DNA of 64,000 nucleotides from positions 29,840 through 93,839 of the IMG/VR virus record IMGVR_UViG_3300022666_000353; one strand, given 5' to 3'. Position numbers and translations under genes: made by a program. Numbering within the stretch: position 1 is the stretch's first letter; every line of letters starts with the position of its first letter. This document shows, in pieces, positions 55,001-62,949 of the stretch. The stretch comes from a virus. A model generated the notes under the pieces. It was not told the DNA's origin and did no database searches. It saw nothing but the letters and a program-made list of their open reading frames with translations.

Positions 55001-56895
55001 CGTGGGAACTGTTGACGGCGACGTGGACAAACAACACCGGTGGAACCGTTAATGCCTCTATCATGGTGACCAACGACGGAGCCGACAGTGCATCCATGAT
55101 TTGGGTGGACGCCTGCCAGGTAGAACGTAAGACCCGGCCTACTCCGTACTGCGATGGTTCGTTGGGTGCGGGTCACAGTTGGTCCGGTACTGCACATGCG
55201 TCAACCAGTTCTCGCACGGCTGCCGCTGTGTCCTATAACAACAGTAACATTATCGACAGCACACCTGGAACATTCGCTGCCTGGGTATATATGTATGGAT
55301 ACCCCGTCAGCGGTGAGACGTCTTATCTGTTCGACAGTCGGGATATATCAAACACCAACAGCCCGTCATTGTTAATCGGAGCATCTGGTGGTGTAGTGTG
55401 GCAGTATAACGGCGCGAGTGTAATCTCCACCGCGGCGTCGTCTGTTGGCGTAAGAGCCTGGTATCACGTAGCCGTAACGTACGACTACACCAGCGGCTCG
55501 CAAGTGCTTTATGTTAATGGTACTCAGATTGGCACGTCTAGTTCTACCACACCCCCGTCGAATTTCGGCGCAAAGCTGTTTATTGGAAGCCGCTATACCA
55601 GCGTCTTTATGTTGAACGGAGTAATTGATGACGCAGTGTTTGTTGACCGGGTTCTATCAGCCGACGAGGTGTACGCCCTCTACAATTCTGGGCAGGCCAT
55701 TCAAGCCACGACCAGCCCGTTCCAGCTTATGCTCACTGGCTCCGGCCTGGGAAAAGTATGGGGTGATTCATCCGGTTTGTTCGGGCAGACTTCTAGTGGA
55801 ACAGCGTCGTTTGCCTTAGTCAACGAGAACGGTATATCCTGGGCAGGCGGGACCCTGGACGCGGGCGATGTGATGATTGGTACGTCAACGACGTACTTGA
55901 AGTGGGACACCAGCCTGGCGGAGCTCGAAGTAAAGGGCAAGATTTCTGCTACCAGCGGGTCTATTACCAACACATTGTCCGTCCTGGGTACGCTGGATGT
56001 GGGGTCAAGTGGTGTTATCAAGTCAGGTGCTACGGGGTACGACAGCGGGACTGGCTGGTGGTTGGATTATAACGCTGGTTCTCCGCGGTTCTTCATCGGC
56101 AACAGCGCCGGGAATAAACTGACGTACAGCGCCGGGACACTGTCTTTGTCAGGAACAGTAAGTGCGGCCACCATCACAGGGGACGCAGCGGTTACTACTG
56201 GTAAAATCACCGCAGCCAGCGGCGCGGTGCGGCTGGATTCGAACGGCGTGTCCGTCAACATGGCAGGTCTCACGAACGGCGTCCGGTGGTACACGTCATC
56301 CGCGTTCAGTACACAGGCCGGCGAAATTTACGTGTCCTCCGACACATCTGGCGAACCGATGATTGACCTTCGTACCGGAAGCAGCCCAACAACCGGTGTT
56401 AAAATTAACGGTAACTATTCTGGCATACGTGCGCCCAATGTGTACGTTGACAACGCGGGTGCTGGCGGGGGTGGGTATTTTATTGGGTCCACTGCGGGAG
56501 GGTTTTCACGTGGAAACTTGTTTATCCCGATTGTCCCAGGAAACACCAGCACGTCGTTTGATGGGGACGCGTTCTCCACTACGTCTGCTACGAACTATAC
56601 CGTGAACACTTACTTTTCGAGTGTACCAAACATAGCTAAGGCAATTTTAGTACGTGTGTCTTGCCGAGACAGTGGAAGTGCGTCAAACAACAGTTTGTAC
56701 GTAGCCTTGGGAACCAGTGACGACACGACGAACTACCCGCTGATTGTGCGCCCGGCTGGGTTGCCAAATGACTACTTCGCGGAGGGCCAAGGAATCGTTC
56801 CCCTCAACTCAAGTGGTCAGTTCCGGTTTCAGTGTGTGGCGTCGGGCACGGGTACGCTGGATGTGTATATCCAAGTATGGGGGTACTTCCTGTAA
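49018..56895 (+). CDS. giant tail fibre/receptor-binding protein with two CBM-LamG modules
   Basis: G/T/S-rich repeats; TN.ITNPSFE...D..Q.E carbohydrate-binding modules; LamG W.H.A.T..LY.NG..IDD. Confidence 0.85.
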   Translation: MGLTASDINQMVLRFLPRVGDSTVGGTIIPNATNTHNLGSAANRFDTIYARQIVADSLSGTGGSADTVDGFHAYSTPNASALLALDASSVFPTSVYPNALLRDGSRSLTGNLAVSAGVTIDGVDISAHAVDGTIHHTGGMSADDHSQYVHTSLSRTITASHQFAPGSAAAPFTLGVNAQGQTVTGFKADQLNKSVIAGSGLTGGGALTASVTLNVGAGNGITVNADDVAVNLKSTSGLEVDGTGLALADTVAGSGLTVASKVLSVGAGTLISVAADTVSLSNGSAQYQVPMTGATPFTPAWTNLSTLAGNGLVFSSGTFAVGAGTGITVNADDIQVKLKTLSGLEADSAGLAVQDAIAGNGLSITNKVLAVNVASPLAIVSDTVTLSGGTAQYQTLVTGAGPNYTGTWTDLNTMAGAGIAFNTGVFDIGAGNGIQVNADSIQVKLQSPSGLTADSSGLAIADTVAGAGLTIASKVLAVGAGALITVAADTVGVANGSAQWQVPVTGASPFTPAYTSLSSLAGDGLTFSTNFTVALSATSGLQLVGTSPNKTLEINDTVAGNGLTISSKVLAVGAGTLITVGSTAVSLSNGTAQYQVPVTGANPYTPAYTALSTFAGVGLNFTGGQFVLGTPSTLTAGTTNSSSGTTHSHAITASANPGAAEFILKTTPAGGLTLASAAITGALTVGQDLTVGTNVLFVDQSEGLVGINCVPDPQFQLDVNSNIRARGYIVGKHAIQLKDAKLIAHFDGPEPFETNFTGEATGHMGQVATLSGGYAFRPGKFQKGLQVAEATTNEITNPSFEYGANGASVTSDGWTLSQSGTGATATYDTSRAYIGSQSCKLVASTVSNSNVYRAVSVADGETITVQARVYRTGAVSSKLRIFDATNSVERATASTTATDTWEYLTCTWTNNLGSTVNAALMVTNSAADGTSAIWVDACQLERKAYSTPYCDGSMGSGHTWAGTAHLSASSRTNAVVSYSGVNNINLNAGTVSLWYYNDGTHKRGYARAFQYRIDANNYIGINVSSTTNNPYAIDMSGGVSVQTSSGATAAVVGWNYLVATWKTGGQFKLYLNGQLTGTTPSYTAPVGSGGTIAIGRDVTGVSQHLNDVIDDVVIVGRELTVDEIRAIYESDAPVFAESSTWAFKSASQIVWADEEGLWAIDTSGNPAFGVSGVDGKSWGGNTLDKGDILMGRSSNYLKWDASAGLISLYSPGSSLTKEEYFDGTTEEVNNRWTPYLGSTSLLSVTSGGYAGGNVLRIGDNSGNDECRIISNQSIPFDPNKLYRVFFRVRLVASSSPGTVYLGVAGRNATDTAWVNVTGSDVNTSQHYFAASNQVLTAVGEGGAWSEFTGYFRGVNTTGNGGVHALASAPGTLHESSRYFRLFLWVNWLAKPGIVEVDEIRVDIMPNYSDSPFAHSSDTTTIDGGKIFTGSITADKITTATLSAIVADLGTVTAGSIVVGTTNKLWLNDAADGALAIGGTVKGSAPFRVTAAGVLTATSGTIGGWSITSTQINSSGITMIADATAASNKIYVGTGTYNSSDTAFYVDGSGRFSLKNKLVWDGSSLTIDGGVTATTGSIGGWTIATNTLSATNILLDSNSKYFRIGATPASMTFGSTDGVQIEYNGGDPRVYFGNGTNRYFSFDGTNISWQGASTSLTTGGLFTANNASITGAITANSGSIAGSFTVGANLSVSTSGSFSSGATAYNTGTGWWMEYNAGTPRFFLGNAAGNKLTWNGSSLDITGNITANGTGQIGGWTIASTGLSSGGINLVSSGTAVNNKIYVGTGNYANGDTAFLVDGSGRMSLKDKLVWDGTKLSVSGAVVLGAGVGFTVSNPNLHLPFDGPAPYETDYQVTLTGHLGQRPVSTSGGLIGRPGKYGKGLQVAEATTNELTNPSFEAGNVGDAVTSYGWSYSQTGTGGTATNDNLRAYVGVRSCKILASSTGVSSIYKTVSVTNGDTITVQARVWRGSAIATRLRVYDHTNNTTRVTTNAAETNTWELLTATWTNNTGGTVNASIMVTNDGADSASMIWVDACQVERKTRPTPYCDGSLGAGHSWSGTAHASTSSRTAAAVSYNNSNIIDSTPGTFAAWVYMYGYPVSGETSYLFDSRDISNTNSPSLLIGASGGVVWQYNGASVISTAASSVGVRAWYHVAVTYDYTSGSQVLYVNGTQIGTSSSTTPPSNFGAKLFIGSRYTSVFMLNGVIDDAVFVDRVLSADEVYALYNSGQAIQATTSPFQLMLTGSGLGKVWGDSSGLFGQTSSGTASFALVNENGISWAGGTLDAGDVMIGTSTTYLKWDTSLAELEVKGKISATSGSITNTLSVLGTLDVGSSGVIKSGATGYDSGTGWWLDYNAGSPRFFIGNSAGNKLTYSAGTLSLSGTVSAATITGDAAVTTGKITAASGAVRLDSNGVSVNMAGLTNGVRWYTSSAFSTQAGEIYVSSDTSGEPMIDLRTGSSPTTGVKINGNYSGIRAPNVYVDNAGAGGGGYFIGSTAGGFSRGNLFIPIVPGNTSTSFDGDAFSTTSATNYTVNTYFSSVPNIAKAILVRVSCRDSGSASNNSLYVALGTSDDTTNYPLIVRPAGLPNDYFAEGQGIVPLNSSGQFRFQCVASGTGTLDVYIQVWGYFL

Positions 56896-56899
56896 ATCC

Positions 56900-56928
56900 T
56901 TGACAGGAACGTGTTTTGTCGCTATAAT
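56900..56928 (+). promoter_or_regulatory. consensus sigma70 promoter
   Basis: TTGACA-N17-TATAAT. Confidence 0.8.
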
Positions 56929-56972
56929 TATAGTCTATAATGTAGTAGTGAAAATAGGAGGATTTAAAATCA

Positions 56973-57350
56973 ATGCGTAATCGTAACAACAATCCTGTCG
57001 CTGTCGCGTCCCGTGGATTGTACAGCGTAGAACTTACCAAGAGTGAGCGATTAATCGTATCCTGGGTGCTCGGGTCAATTGAAGGTATGGGCCGGGACGA
57101 CTCACGTAAGGCTGCCGCGGTCATCGAAGAACTTGACCTGGAGAATCTGGGGGATGTTACGCCGGAACAGCTCAACGACGCGGAGAGCTACAAACTCTCT
57201 GGCTACGAAATCCGCTTTGTTGCGGACGAGCTTGACAAAATGTGGGACCAGAAGAAAGTCCGGGCCAGCCAGGCGAAGCCTGCTGTGTCGCTGTATGACA
57301 AACTCAAAGCAGCGATGGAGACCAAGGAAACCGATAACGCGGCTGAATAA
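56973..57350 (+). CDS. hypothetical protein with its own promoter and terminator
   Basis: SD AGGAGG; terminator at 57370-57399. Confidence 0.7.
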   Translation: MRNRNNNPVAVASRGLYSVELTKSERLIVSWVLGSIEGMGRDDSRKAAAVIEELDLENLGDVTPEQLNDAESYKLSGYEIRFVADELDKMWDQKKVRASQAKPAVSLYDKLKAAMETKETDNAAE

Positions 57351-57402
57351 CTTATCGGTATGTCGTGTGAAAAAGACCGTCAAATTTGATGGTCTTTTTC
57401 TT

Positions 57403-57428
57403 TTTCCACACTTATTCGTTTGAAGAGT
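57403..57428 (+). promoter_or_regulatory. late-promoter motif before the lysis module
   Basis: TTTCC-N9-CGTTTGAAGAGT. Confidence 0.7.
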
Positions 57429-57461
57429 GTAGGTTGGATTCCTTTTATTGGAGTTGTTTTT

Positions 57462-57857
57462 ATGGGTGACATTGACACGTTGAACGAGCGGCTCATGGAT
57501 GTTCAGAGATTATTGGTTCGTATGGAAGCCGCACAGCAGGCGCAAGATAGACACTTGATTTCATTAGACGCGTCGGTAGAGGAGTTAAATCGTACGGTGC
57601 GTGGACACAACGGCACTCCGGGTCTGGTCACGGATGTTGCCCTTGTTAGAGAGGCTGTACAGAAGATGCAGGTAGTTCCTGCTGCCATCCCAGCCAGCCC
57701 CAAGACACAGAATGACGAAGACGAGAGTAATAACGGGTCGCGTATGTGGGTTATTGAAAAACTTTTTCTTCCTGTAGTGGTGCCCGCGATTACTGCCGCA
57801 ATTATCTATCTTATTTTTAGTGTGATTCCCCACGTATCGCAGGTCCCTGTCCCGTAG
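57462..57857 (+). CDS. coiled-coil protein with C-terminal TM (lysis accessory)
   Basis: G.NG.PGL motif; C-terminal TM; precedes the endolysin. Confidence 0.6.
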   Translation: MGDIDTLNERLMDVQRLLVRMEAAQQAQDRHLISLDASVEELNRTVRGHNGTPGLVTDVALVREAVQKMQVVPAAIPASPKTQNDEDESNNGSRMWVIEKLFLPVVVPAITAAIIYLIFSVIPHVSQVPVP

Positions 57858-57867
57858 AAGGCGGCGT

Positions 57868-58920
57868 ATGAAAGAACTGGGTTTTTTAATCTGGCGTTTA
57901 AATAACATCCGGCCCATTGACGACACGATTGAGAAGTTGCTGGCTGTCGGGGCTAGGTGGGTGAGTATTAAAGTTAGGGACGGTTCATCTAATTTTAATT
58001 ACTACGACGCTGATGGCCGGTGGACTGGAAACCCAGACTATCTTAGTCAGGTTATTCAGAAAATGAAAGCTGCCGGCCTTGAAGTAGGCGGATGGCAGTT
58101 TGTGTACACCGACCGCATGAAACAGCAAGCCGAAGCTGCCCGCGCCGCTGTGTCCACATTTGGACTCAGCCACTGGCTGATAGACGCTGAGGAATACGCT
58201 CCCCTGGGCGCGATGTGGAAGCAAGACCCGGCTGCTGCCAGCAAGGCGCAGCAGTATATGGACAACTTACAGCTTCCAGCGGGTGTTGAAGTAGGGCTGT
58301 GTTCATACCGGTTCCCATCTGTTCACCGACCCTTCCCGTTTGGGACATTTATGCGCCATCGTGCCAGTACCATCACGGCCCCCCAAGTGTACTGGATGTT
58401 AGCAAACAATCCCGGGGCCCAACTAGAGCGGTCAAAGAGGGAACACGATGCTATTCACGTCTTACCCATGGTTCCCATTGGCGCTTCATTTCGTGAGCAC
58501 GGTTGGGAGCCAGGACCAGGAGAGATTAGAGAGTTTATTACCACTGCCAGGCGGCTGGGTATGCCGGCGTGGGGGTTCTGGGACCTGGACGAGGCGCTCT
58601 ATCGAGAAGATTGGTTAACAGAAATGGCGGGTGTACCGCTTCCACCCCCACCCCCGGCAAAGGAGCCTGAAATGGGTCAACATACGATTTACCACGTGGA
58701 AACTTCGGGACTGAATGTTAGAGACAACATCATTCCGAGTAGAGTTTTTGGTAAGGTACCCGGCAAGGTGTACCGTTCCAGTAAGGTGTGGTTCACCTTA
58801 AGTGAAGGTTCACAAGTAGAAGCATTGGAAGAAGTTACGGACGGACCCAACGTTTGGGTTCGCGTCGGACAGCGACAGTTTGTCGCAAAGATTTACGATA
58901 ATACAGTTTTCCTAAAGTAG
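57868..58920 (+). CDS. endolysin (glycoside-hydrolase barrel + SH3-like domain)
   Basis: IK..DG, GGWQF.Y, IDAE, PQVYW, Pro linker, LNVR. Confidence 0.8.
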   Translation: MKELGFLIWRLNNIRPIDDTIEKLLAVGARWVSIKVRDGSSNFNYYDADGRWTGNPDYLSQVIQKMKAAGLEVGGWQFVYTDRMKQQAEAARAAVSTFGLSHWLIDAEEYAPLGAMWKQDPAAASKAQQYMDNLQLPAGVEVGLCSYRFPSVHRPFPFGTFMRHRASTITAPQVYWMLANNPGAQLERSKREHDAIHVLPMVPIGASFREHGWEPGPGEIREFITTARRLGMPAWGFWDLDEALYREDWLTEMAGVPLPPPPPAKEPEMGQHTIYHVETSGLNVRDNIIPSRVFGKVPGKVYRSSKVWFTLSEGSQVEALEEVTDGPNVWVRVGQRQFVAKIYDNTVFLK

Positions 58921-58930
58921 GAGGAAGTAA

Positions 58931-59305
58931 ATGGCTCGTGGCATTCTCACACCCAAAGTTACTAACCGCACGCCCGCACAGGCGGCCATCTCGTTTACAG
59001 CGGCGGACGCAACAAACAACCATGTGTTCGATAACACAACGCCGGACAAGGTGCTGCTCATCAAGAACGCCCACTCGTCCGACCATATCGTTACGATTAA
59101 GCGTCCCGCTACCGTTGACGGTGCGACCCTGGGAGACCTGACTGTGACGGTGGCCGCTGGAGCAACGGCTGTTGTCGGCCCATTCCCGACCACGTTATAC
59201 AACCAGGCAGACGCCCCGAACAGCCTGACACAGGCTGTGTTGATTGACCCGCCTGCTACGCCTACAGCGTTGTCGTTTGCTCTGATTAAGGTAGGCAGTC
59301 TGTAA
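58931..59305 (+). CDS. small beta-rich virion-type protein
   Basis: LLIKN...VTI...VTVAAGA...GPFP..YNQ. Confidence 0.55.
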   Translation: MARGILTPKVTNRTPAQAAISFTAADATNNHVFDNTTPDKVLLIKNAHSSDHIVTIKRPATVDGATLGDLTVTVAAGATAVVGPFPTTLYNQADAPNSLTQAVLIDPPATPTALSFALIKVGSL

Positions 59306-59327
59306 ATCTGTTTAGGAGGAAGTAGTA

Positions 59328-59687
59328 ATGGAAGAATTATTGGTTAAAGTAGCCGAGGTTGTTATCCCGCTTGTGGTGACCGCCATCTTGGCTTTCGTTT
59401 CCAAGAAACTTAATGAGTTTATCAACGCCAAATTGTCGGCGCAGCAGCTTGCGATGGCGAAAGACTTTGCAGCCCGCGCTGTGTTGGCCGCTGAACAGAG
59501 TGGCCTGGCTGGGTATATCGCCCAGGAGGGGCAGGCCAAGAAAGAGTTTGCTGTAAACCTGGTGGAGACCTGGTTGCTGGATAATGGGGTCAGTTTGCCG
59601 GTTGACACGATTGTCAATCTGATTGAAGCCGCAGTTTTTGAGTACCTTACCGCAAGCAAACCGCAACAGATTGCTCCTAAAGGCTAG
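59328..59687 (+). CDS. holin, LL-H family
   Basis: N-terminal TM; AV.AAEQ, G..KK..A, IEAAV. Confidence 0.85.
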   Translation: MEELLVKVAEVVIPLVVTAILAFVSKKLNEFINAKLSAQQLAMAKDFAARAVLAAEQSGLAGYIAQEGQAKKEFAVNLVETWLLDNGVSLPVDTIVNLIEAAVFEYLTASKPQQIAPKG

Positions 59688-59710
59688 TAGTACATAGGGG
59701 GACATTGATT

Positions 59711-59743
59711 AGAGGGTAGCTGAATTAACGCTGCCCTCTTTTT
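59711..59743 (+). terminator. intrinsic terminator
   Basis: AGAGGGTAGC...GCTGCCCTCT-TTT. Confidence 0.7.
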
Positions 59744-59745
59744 AA

Positions 59746-59774
59746 TTGACATGCTTAGGTATTCATGCTATAAT
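59746..59774 (+). promoter_or_regulatory. consensus sigma70 promoter
   Basis: TTGACA-N17-TATAAT with TGn extension. Confidence 0.85.
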
Positions 59775-59803
59775 TATATAACAAAATATAATAGGAGATA
59801 ATT

Positions 59804-60586
59804 ATGGGTAGTAAGTGGTCGTCCATATCTGACGATAAACGGATGGATTTGTTACGCAGAAAGCTGGCTGGTGAGGATGTAGGGGTGCTGGCTACGGAAG
59901 TTGGTATGAACACAACAACGCTTAACCGGAGACTTCAAGAGTTCCGGTCGGACAACCCAATAGAGATTAAAGAGCCGGTTGACGGCGCATCGCAACCATC
60001 TCGTACGGTTGCGTACCCAGAAGTTAAGATGAACGCCGCTGTATTCGACATCGAAACGACCGACTTTAACACGTCTGGCATCAACGGGCACCTTGTTTGC
60101 ACGGTGGTTCTACCGCTCGGAGCTAAGAAAGCCACGGTGCACCAAATTGAGTTCTCGGATAACCGCGACGACCGCCGCCTGTTGCAAGAAGTGCTGGATG
60201 ACTTGTCCAAATACGACATCCTAATCGGGCACAACATCAAGGCATTTGACCTGAACTGGCTTTATAGCCGAAACATGTATTTTGGTGGGGGTAAGCTCCC
60301 TGCGTGGAACGTATACGACACTTATCAGGCTGCCAGGGGTATTGCTATCAAGATTGAGAGTAAGAGTCTAGGGGCGCTGGGTTCGTACTTCGGTGTCAAG
60401 GGCAATAAGACCAGGATTTTTAGAACGGATTGGTCGATGGTAGACAGCCCTAACGAAGAAGAATTTAATCGGGCCATCCAAGAAATCGTTGACCACTGTG
60501 TTGCGGATGTTCAGTTGAACCGGGGCGTGTTCAACGCACTGTGGGCATACGACCCGAAGCGGCAGCTATCAAAGACGAAGTGGTAG
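59804..60586 (+). CDS. HTH + DnaQ/RNase H-like 3'-5' exonuclease
   Basis: FDIET, GHN..FD, HC.ADV. Confidence 0.85.
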   Translation: MGSKWSSISDDKRMDLLRRKLAGEDVGVLATEVGMNTTTLNRRLQEFRSDNPIEIKEPVDGASQPSRTVAYPEVKMNAAVFDIETTDFNTSGINGHLVCTVVLPLGAKKATVHQIEFSDNRDDRRLLQEVLDDLSKYDILIGHNIKAFDLNWLYSRNMYFGGGKLPAWNVYDTYQAARGIAIKIESKSLGALGSYFGVKGNKTRIFRTDWSMVDSPNEEEFNRAIQEIVDHCVADVQLNRGVFNALWAYDPKRQLSKTKW

Positions 60587-60595
60587 GAGGCGCGT

Positions 60596-60904
60596 GTGAA
60601 AGCTAAGGAATACGCAGAACAGTACCAAAAGGATATTGACGCAGGCGTGTCAATTGAGCAGGCTGGGTGGAATGTGCTACGGTCTATGTACGCTGAATCA
60701 GTTGACCTGGCGAAAGAAAGAAGTCACGGCGACACTCCTTCGAACGAGTGTGTTGTCGGTGTGTTGAACGAACAGGCACTAAAGTGGCGGGCGTTTGTAC
60801 GCCGGTCAGGTGCACCTCTTCAAAACACCGCGTTCTTTACCATCATCCGCCATTTTATGAAGGAAAGCTGGGCGGAATTGGTACAGGCCGGCTTCCGGGG
60901 GTAG
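60596..60904 (+). CDS. hypothetical protein
   Basis: SD AGGAGG. Confidence 0.6.
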   Translation: MKAKEYAEQYQKDIDAGVSIEQAGWNVLRSMYAESVDLAKERSHGDTPSNECVVGVLNEQALKWRAFVRRSGAPLQNTAFFTIIRHFMKESWAELVQAGFRG

Positions 60905-60905
60905 C

Positions 60906-61277
60906 GTGGGAATCCAGGTTGTGAAAAAGTCGGACGACGGCCCCACGGGATGCCACATTGGCCCTGCCTTTACTGGGGTAGTGATATTCAGTAACCCGTT
61001 TGCACCAGAGATTACTGGCATGGCCCGCGACGAAGCCGTGCGCAAATACGCAGAGTGGTTGCCCGGCGCGTACGCAAACGGCGTGAACTCTTTTCGTTTT
61101 TCATTTAACGAAATGGCCCGACTGAGTATGCGCGGTACGGTATATCTGGTGGACGACGTTGAACCAGAAGAGTCACACGGGCGTGTGTTGAAAGAGTTCA
61201 TTGAGAACCTTATTAGTTACGGGGTCGTGACTGAGCAGCCACAGACGTACGAGGAACGTAGGTTATGGAGTCTTTAG
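60906..61277 (+). CDS. DUF4326-like protein (degenerate)
   Basis: IG...F.NPF...RDEAV.KY..WL...HG.VL. Confidence 0.6.
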   Translation: MGIQVVKKSDDGPTGCHIGPAFTGVVIFSNPFAPEITGMARDEAVRKYAEWLPGAYANGVNSFRFSFNEMARLSMRGTVYLVDDVEPEESHGRVLKEFIENLISYGVVTEQPQTYEERRLWSL

Positions 61278-61780
61278 AAGTGGTTGGGGTCGTTGGGTCA
61301 CGCCGTTTCAAGGATTACCCGTTCCTCAGTAAGACGCTCAACACGCTACGTGAGTGGGTGTTTGGTGACTTTATTGTCGTTAGTGGCGGTGCGTCTGGAG
61401 CAGACACCATGGCATGGCGTTGGGCCGTGGACGAGATGGGCATTCCACCCATTACGTACCCAGCTTACTGGGACGACCTGAGCCATCCAGACGCCGTGAT
61501 TAAGCGCAGGAAGGACGGCACACTGTATGATGCACTGGCAGGGTTTCGTCGTAACCAGGAGATTGTGTCTGCGGCAGACCGTGTTATTGTGGCGTTTTGG
61601 GATGGGTGGTCGCCCGGAACAAAGAACACCGTTGAATTAGCTGTAACGGCTGGCCTGGCTGTGTACGTATTTTGGCCGGGCAAAGAGTCAGTTGTACTGG
61701 ACGCTGCAACGTCAGGCATAAAGCAGAAGGACCAGGACGTTCGTAAAAAGAAGAGAAAGGGGCCACGCAGACATGTCTAA
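61265..61780 (+). CDS. SLOG-family (DUF2493/YspA-like) protein
   Basis: GSR.F.DY, VSGGA.GAD, AG..RN, AFWDG.S.GT. Confidence 0.85.
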   Translation: MESLEVVGVVGSRRFKDYPFLSKTLNTLREWVFGDFIVVSGGASGADTMAWRWAVDEMGIPPITYPAYWDDLSHPDAVIKRRKDGTLYDALAGFRRNQEIVSAADRVIVAFWDGWSPGTKNTVELAVTAGLAVYVFWPGKESVVLDAATSGIKQKDQDVRKKKRKGPRRHV

Positions 61781-62753
61781 TATTATTGCACCTCATTGGA
61801 ACCGTGTAGTAAGAGAGACCAAGGACGTTAAAGTGCGTGATTATATCTACGCGTCTGAGCTTGGAAAACCGATGTTGGACCGTTGGTTGTCCATGAAGGG
61901 TACGCCGGTGACCAACCCGTTCTCTGATAGGGCACTGCGTATATTTGGCGCTGGGAATGTCATTGAGTTCATCGTCTTGCGTGCATTGACGATGGCAGGG
62001 GTGCTCAATCGTAAGCAGGCTCCCGTTGAGTTGGCTGCGGGACCAGACAACCTCCGTGTGACAGGTAGGCTCGACGCAACTATTGGCGGGTTTGTGGACT
62101 GGGAACAGGCAAAGGCGCGTATTCTGGATAACCTTGGACAGTACCGTCTGGACCTGGACGAAGAACTACTGGAGAGCAAGGCCATGAGTCTGCTTGATGG
62201 GTTAAAGGAGCAGTACCCTGACGGCTGGTCAGAAGAGATGGTAGTCGAGGTGAAGTCTATCAACTCGATGGCGTTCTGGAAGAAGGGGAATAGGGATGCA
62301 CAGGGGAGGTTTAAGGGGTATGACCACAACAAGTTGCAGTTATACGCCTACCTCAAGATGACCGGTCTGCGGCAAGGGGTCCTTCTGTATTTGAGCAAGG
62401 ATGACTTTACCCTGGCCGAGGTCGGGGTTACCCTGGGCGATGAGGAAATGGAACAAGTCTTCTGGGACGACGTGCACAAGATGACACAGTTCTATCGGTG
62501 GGACACGCAGCCGCCCAAAGAACCAGAGGTTGTTTACAATGACGGTCGCGGTGTGTTTGAAGTTAACTGGGCTGTCGGTCGAAGCCTCTATCTAACACAT
62601 GCGTACGGGTATGAAGACGAAGACGCGTTCGAGCGGCTGCACCACCAGGAACTACTGGACGTTAACAGAGCTTTAAAACATCTTCGAGAAAACAAAGTAA
62701 AACCCGAAGACTTACCGGTAATTGATAGTTGGAACTTAAAGGAGTTCGTATGA
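61773..62753 (+). CDS. PD-(D/E)xK RecB-like exonuclease
   Basis: ASELG, GRLD, EVKS, QL.AY. Confidence 0.8.
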   Translation: MSNIIAPHWNRVVRETKDVKVRDYIYASELGKPMLDRWLSMKGTPVTNPFSDRALRIFGAGNVIEFIVLRALTMAGVLNRKQAPVELAAGPDNLRVTGRLDATIGGFVDWEQAKARILDNLGQYRLDLDEELLESKAMSLLDGLKEQYPDGWSEEMVVEVKSINSMAFWKKGNRDAQGRFKGYDHNKLQLYAYLKMTGLRQGVLLYLSKDDFTLAEVGVTLGDEEMEQVFWDDVHKMTQFYRWDTQPPKEPEVVYNDGRGVFEVNWAVGRSLYLTHAYGYEDEDAFERLHHQELLDVNRALKHLRENKVKPEDLPVIDSWNLKEFV

Positions 62754-62938
62754 CACTGGCAAAGACGGTCGCCCTGTTTGGGTGGATTTCTACGTTTACA
62801 CTTTCGTGGCTTATGGTTTTGAAGAACCTGGACACGGGTTTGTTGACTTGGTTTTTCTGGGTGTTCTTTTTTGTGGTGGCCCTATTCGGGTCCATCATGG
62901 CAAATGACAAGGTTAGGAATGTTGGCCGAACTGTATAA
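62750..62938 (+). CDS. small 2-TM membrane protein
   Basis: Hydrophobic; ATGA-coupled to the upstream gene. Confidence 0.55.
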   Translation: MTLAKTVALFGWISTFTLSWLMVLKNLDTGLLTWFFWVFFFVVALFGSIMANDKVRNVGRTV

Positions 62939-62949
62939 CGGAGGGAGCA

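Larger units (their letters stand above)
6815..58155. repeat. dispersed 10-mer CGCTGTGTCC/GGACACAGCG (16 exact copies found by eye)
   Basis: + strand at 6815, 13705, 14245, 16622, 22350, 47456, 49353, 50766, 55224, 58146; - strand at 7118, 13037, 22666, 40926, 53634, 54387. Confidence 0.9.

Noticed and set aside
51240-55690. Tail-fibre internal repeats as a DGR template/variable pair
   Set aside because: Both copies are in frame, differences are mostly third-position and not adenine-specific, and there is no reverse transcriptase in the window.
61773-62753. Cas4 or CRISPR system
   Set aside because: No Fe-S cysteine cluster, no repeat-spacer array and no other cas genes; it fits an ordinary phage RecB-like nuclease.
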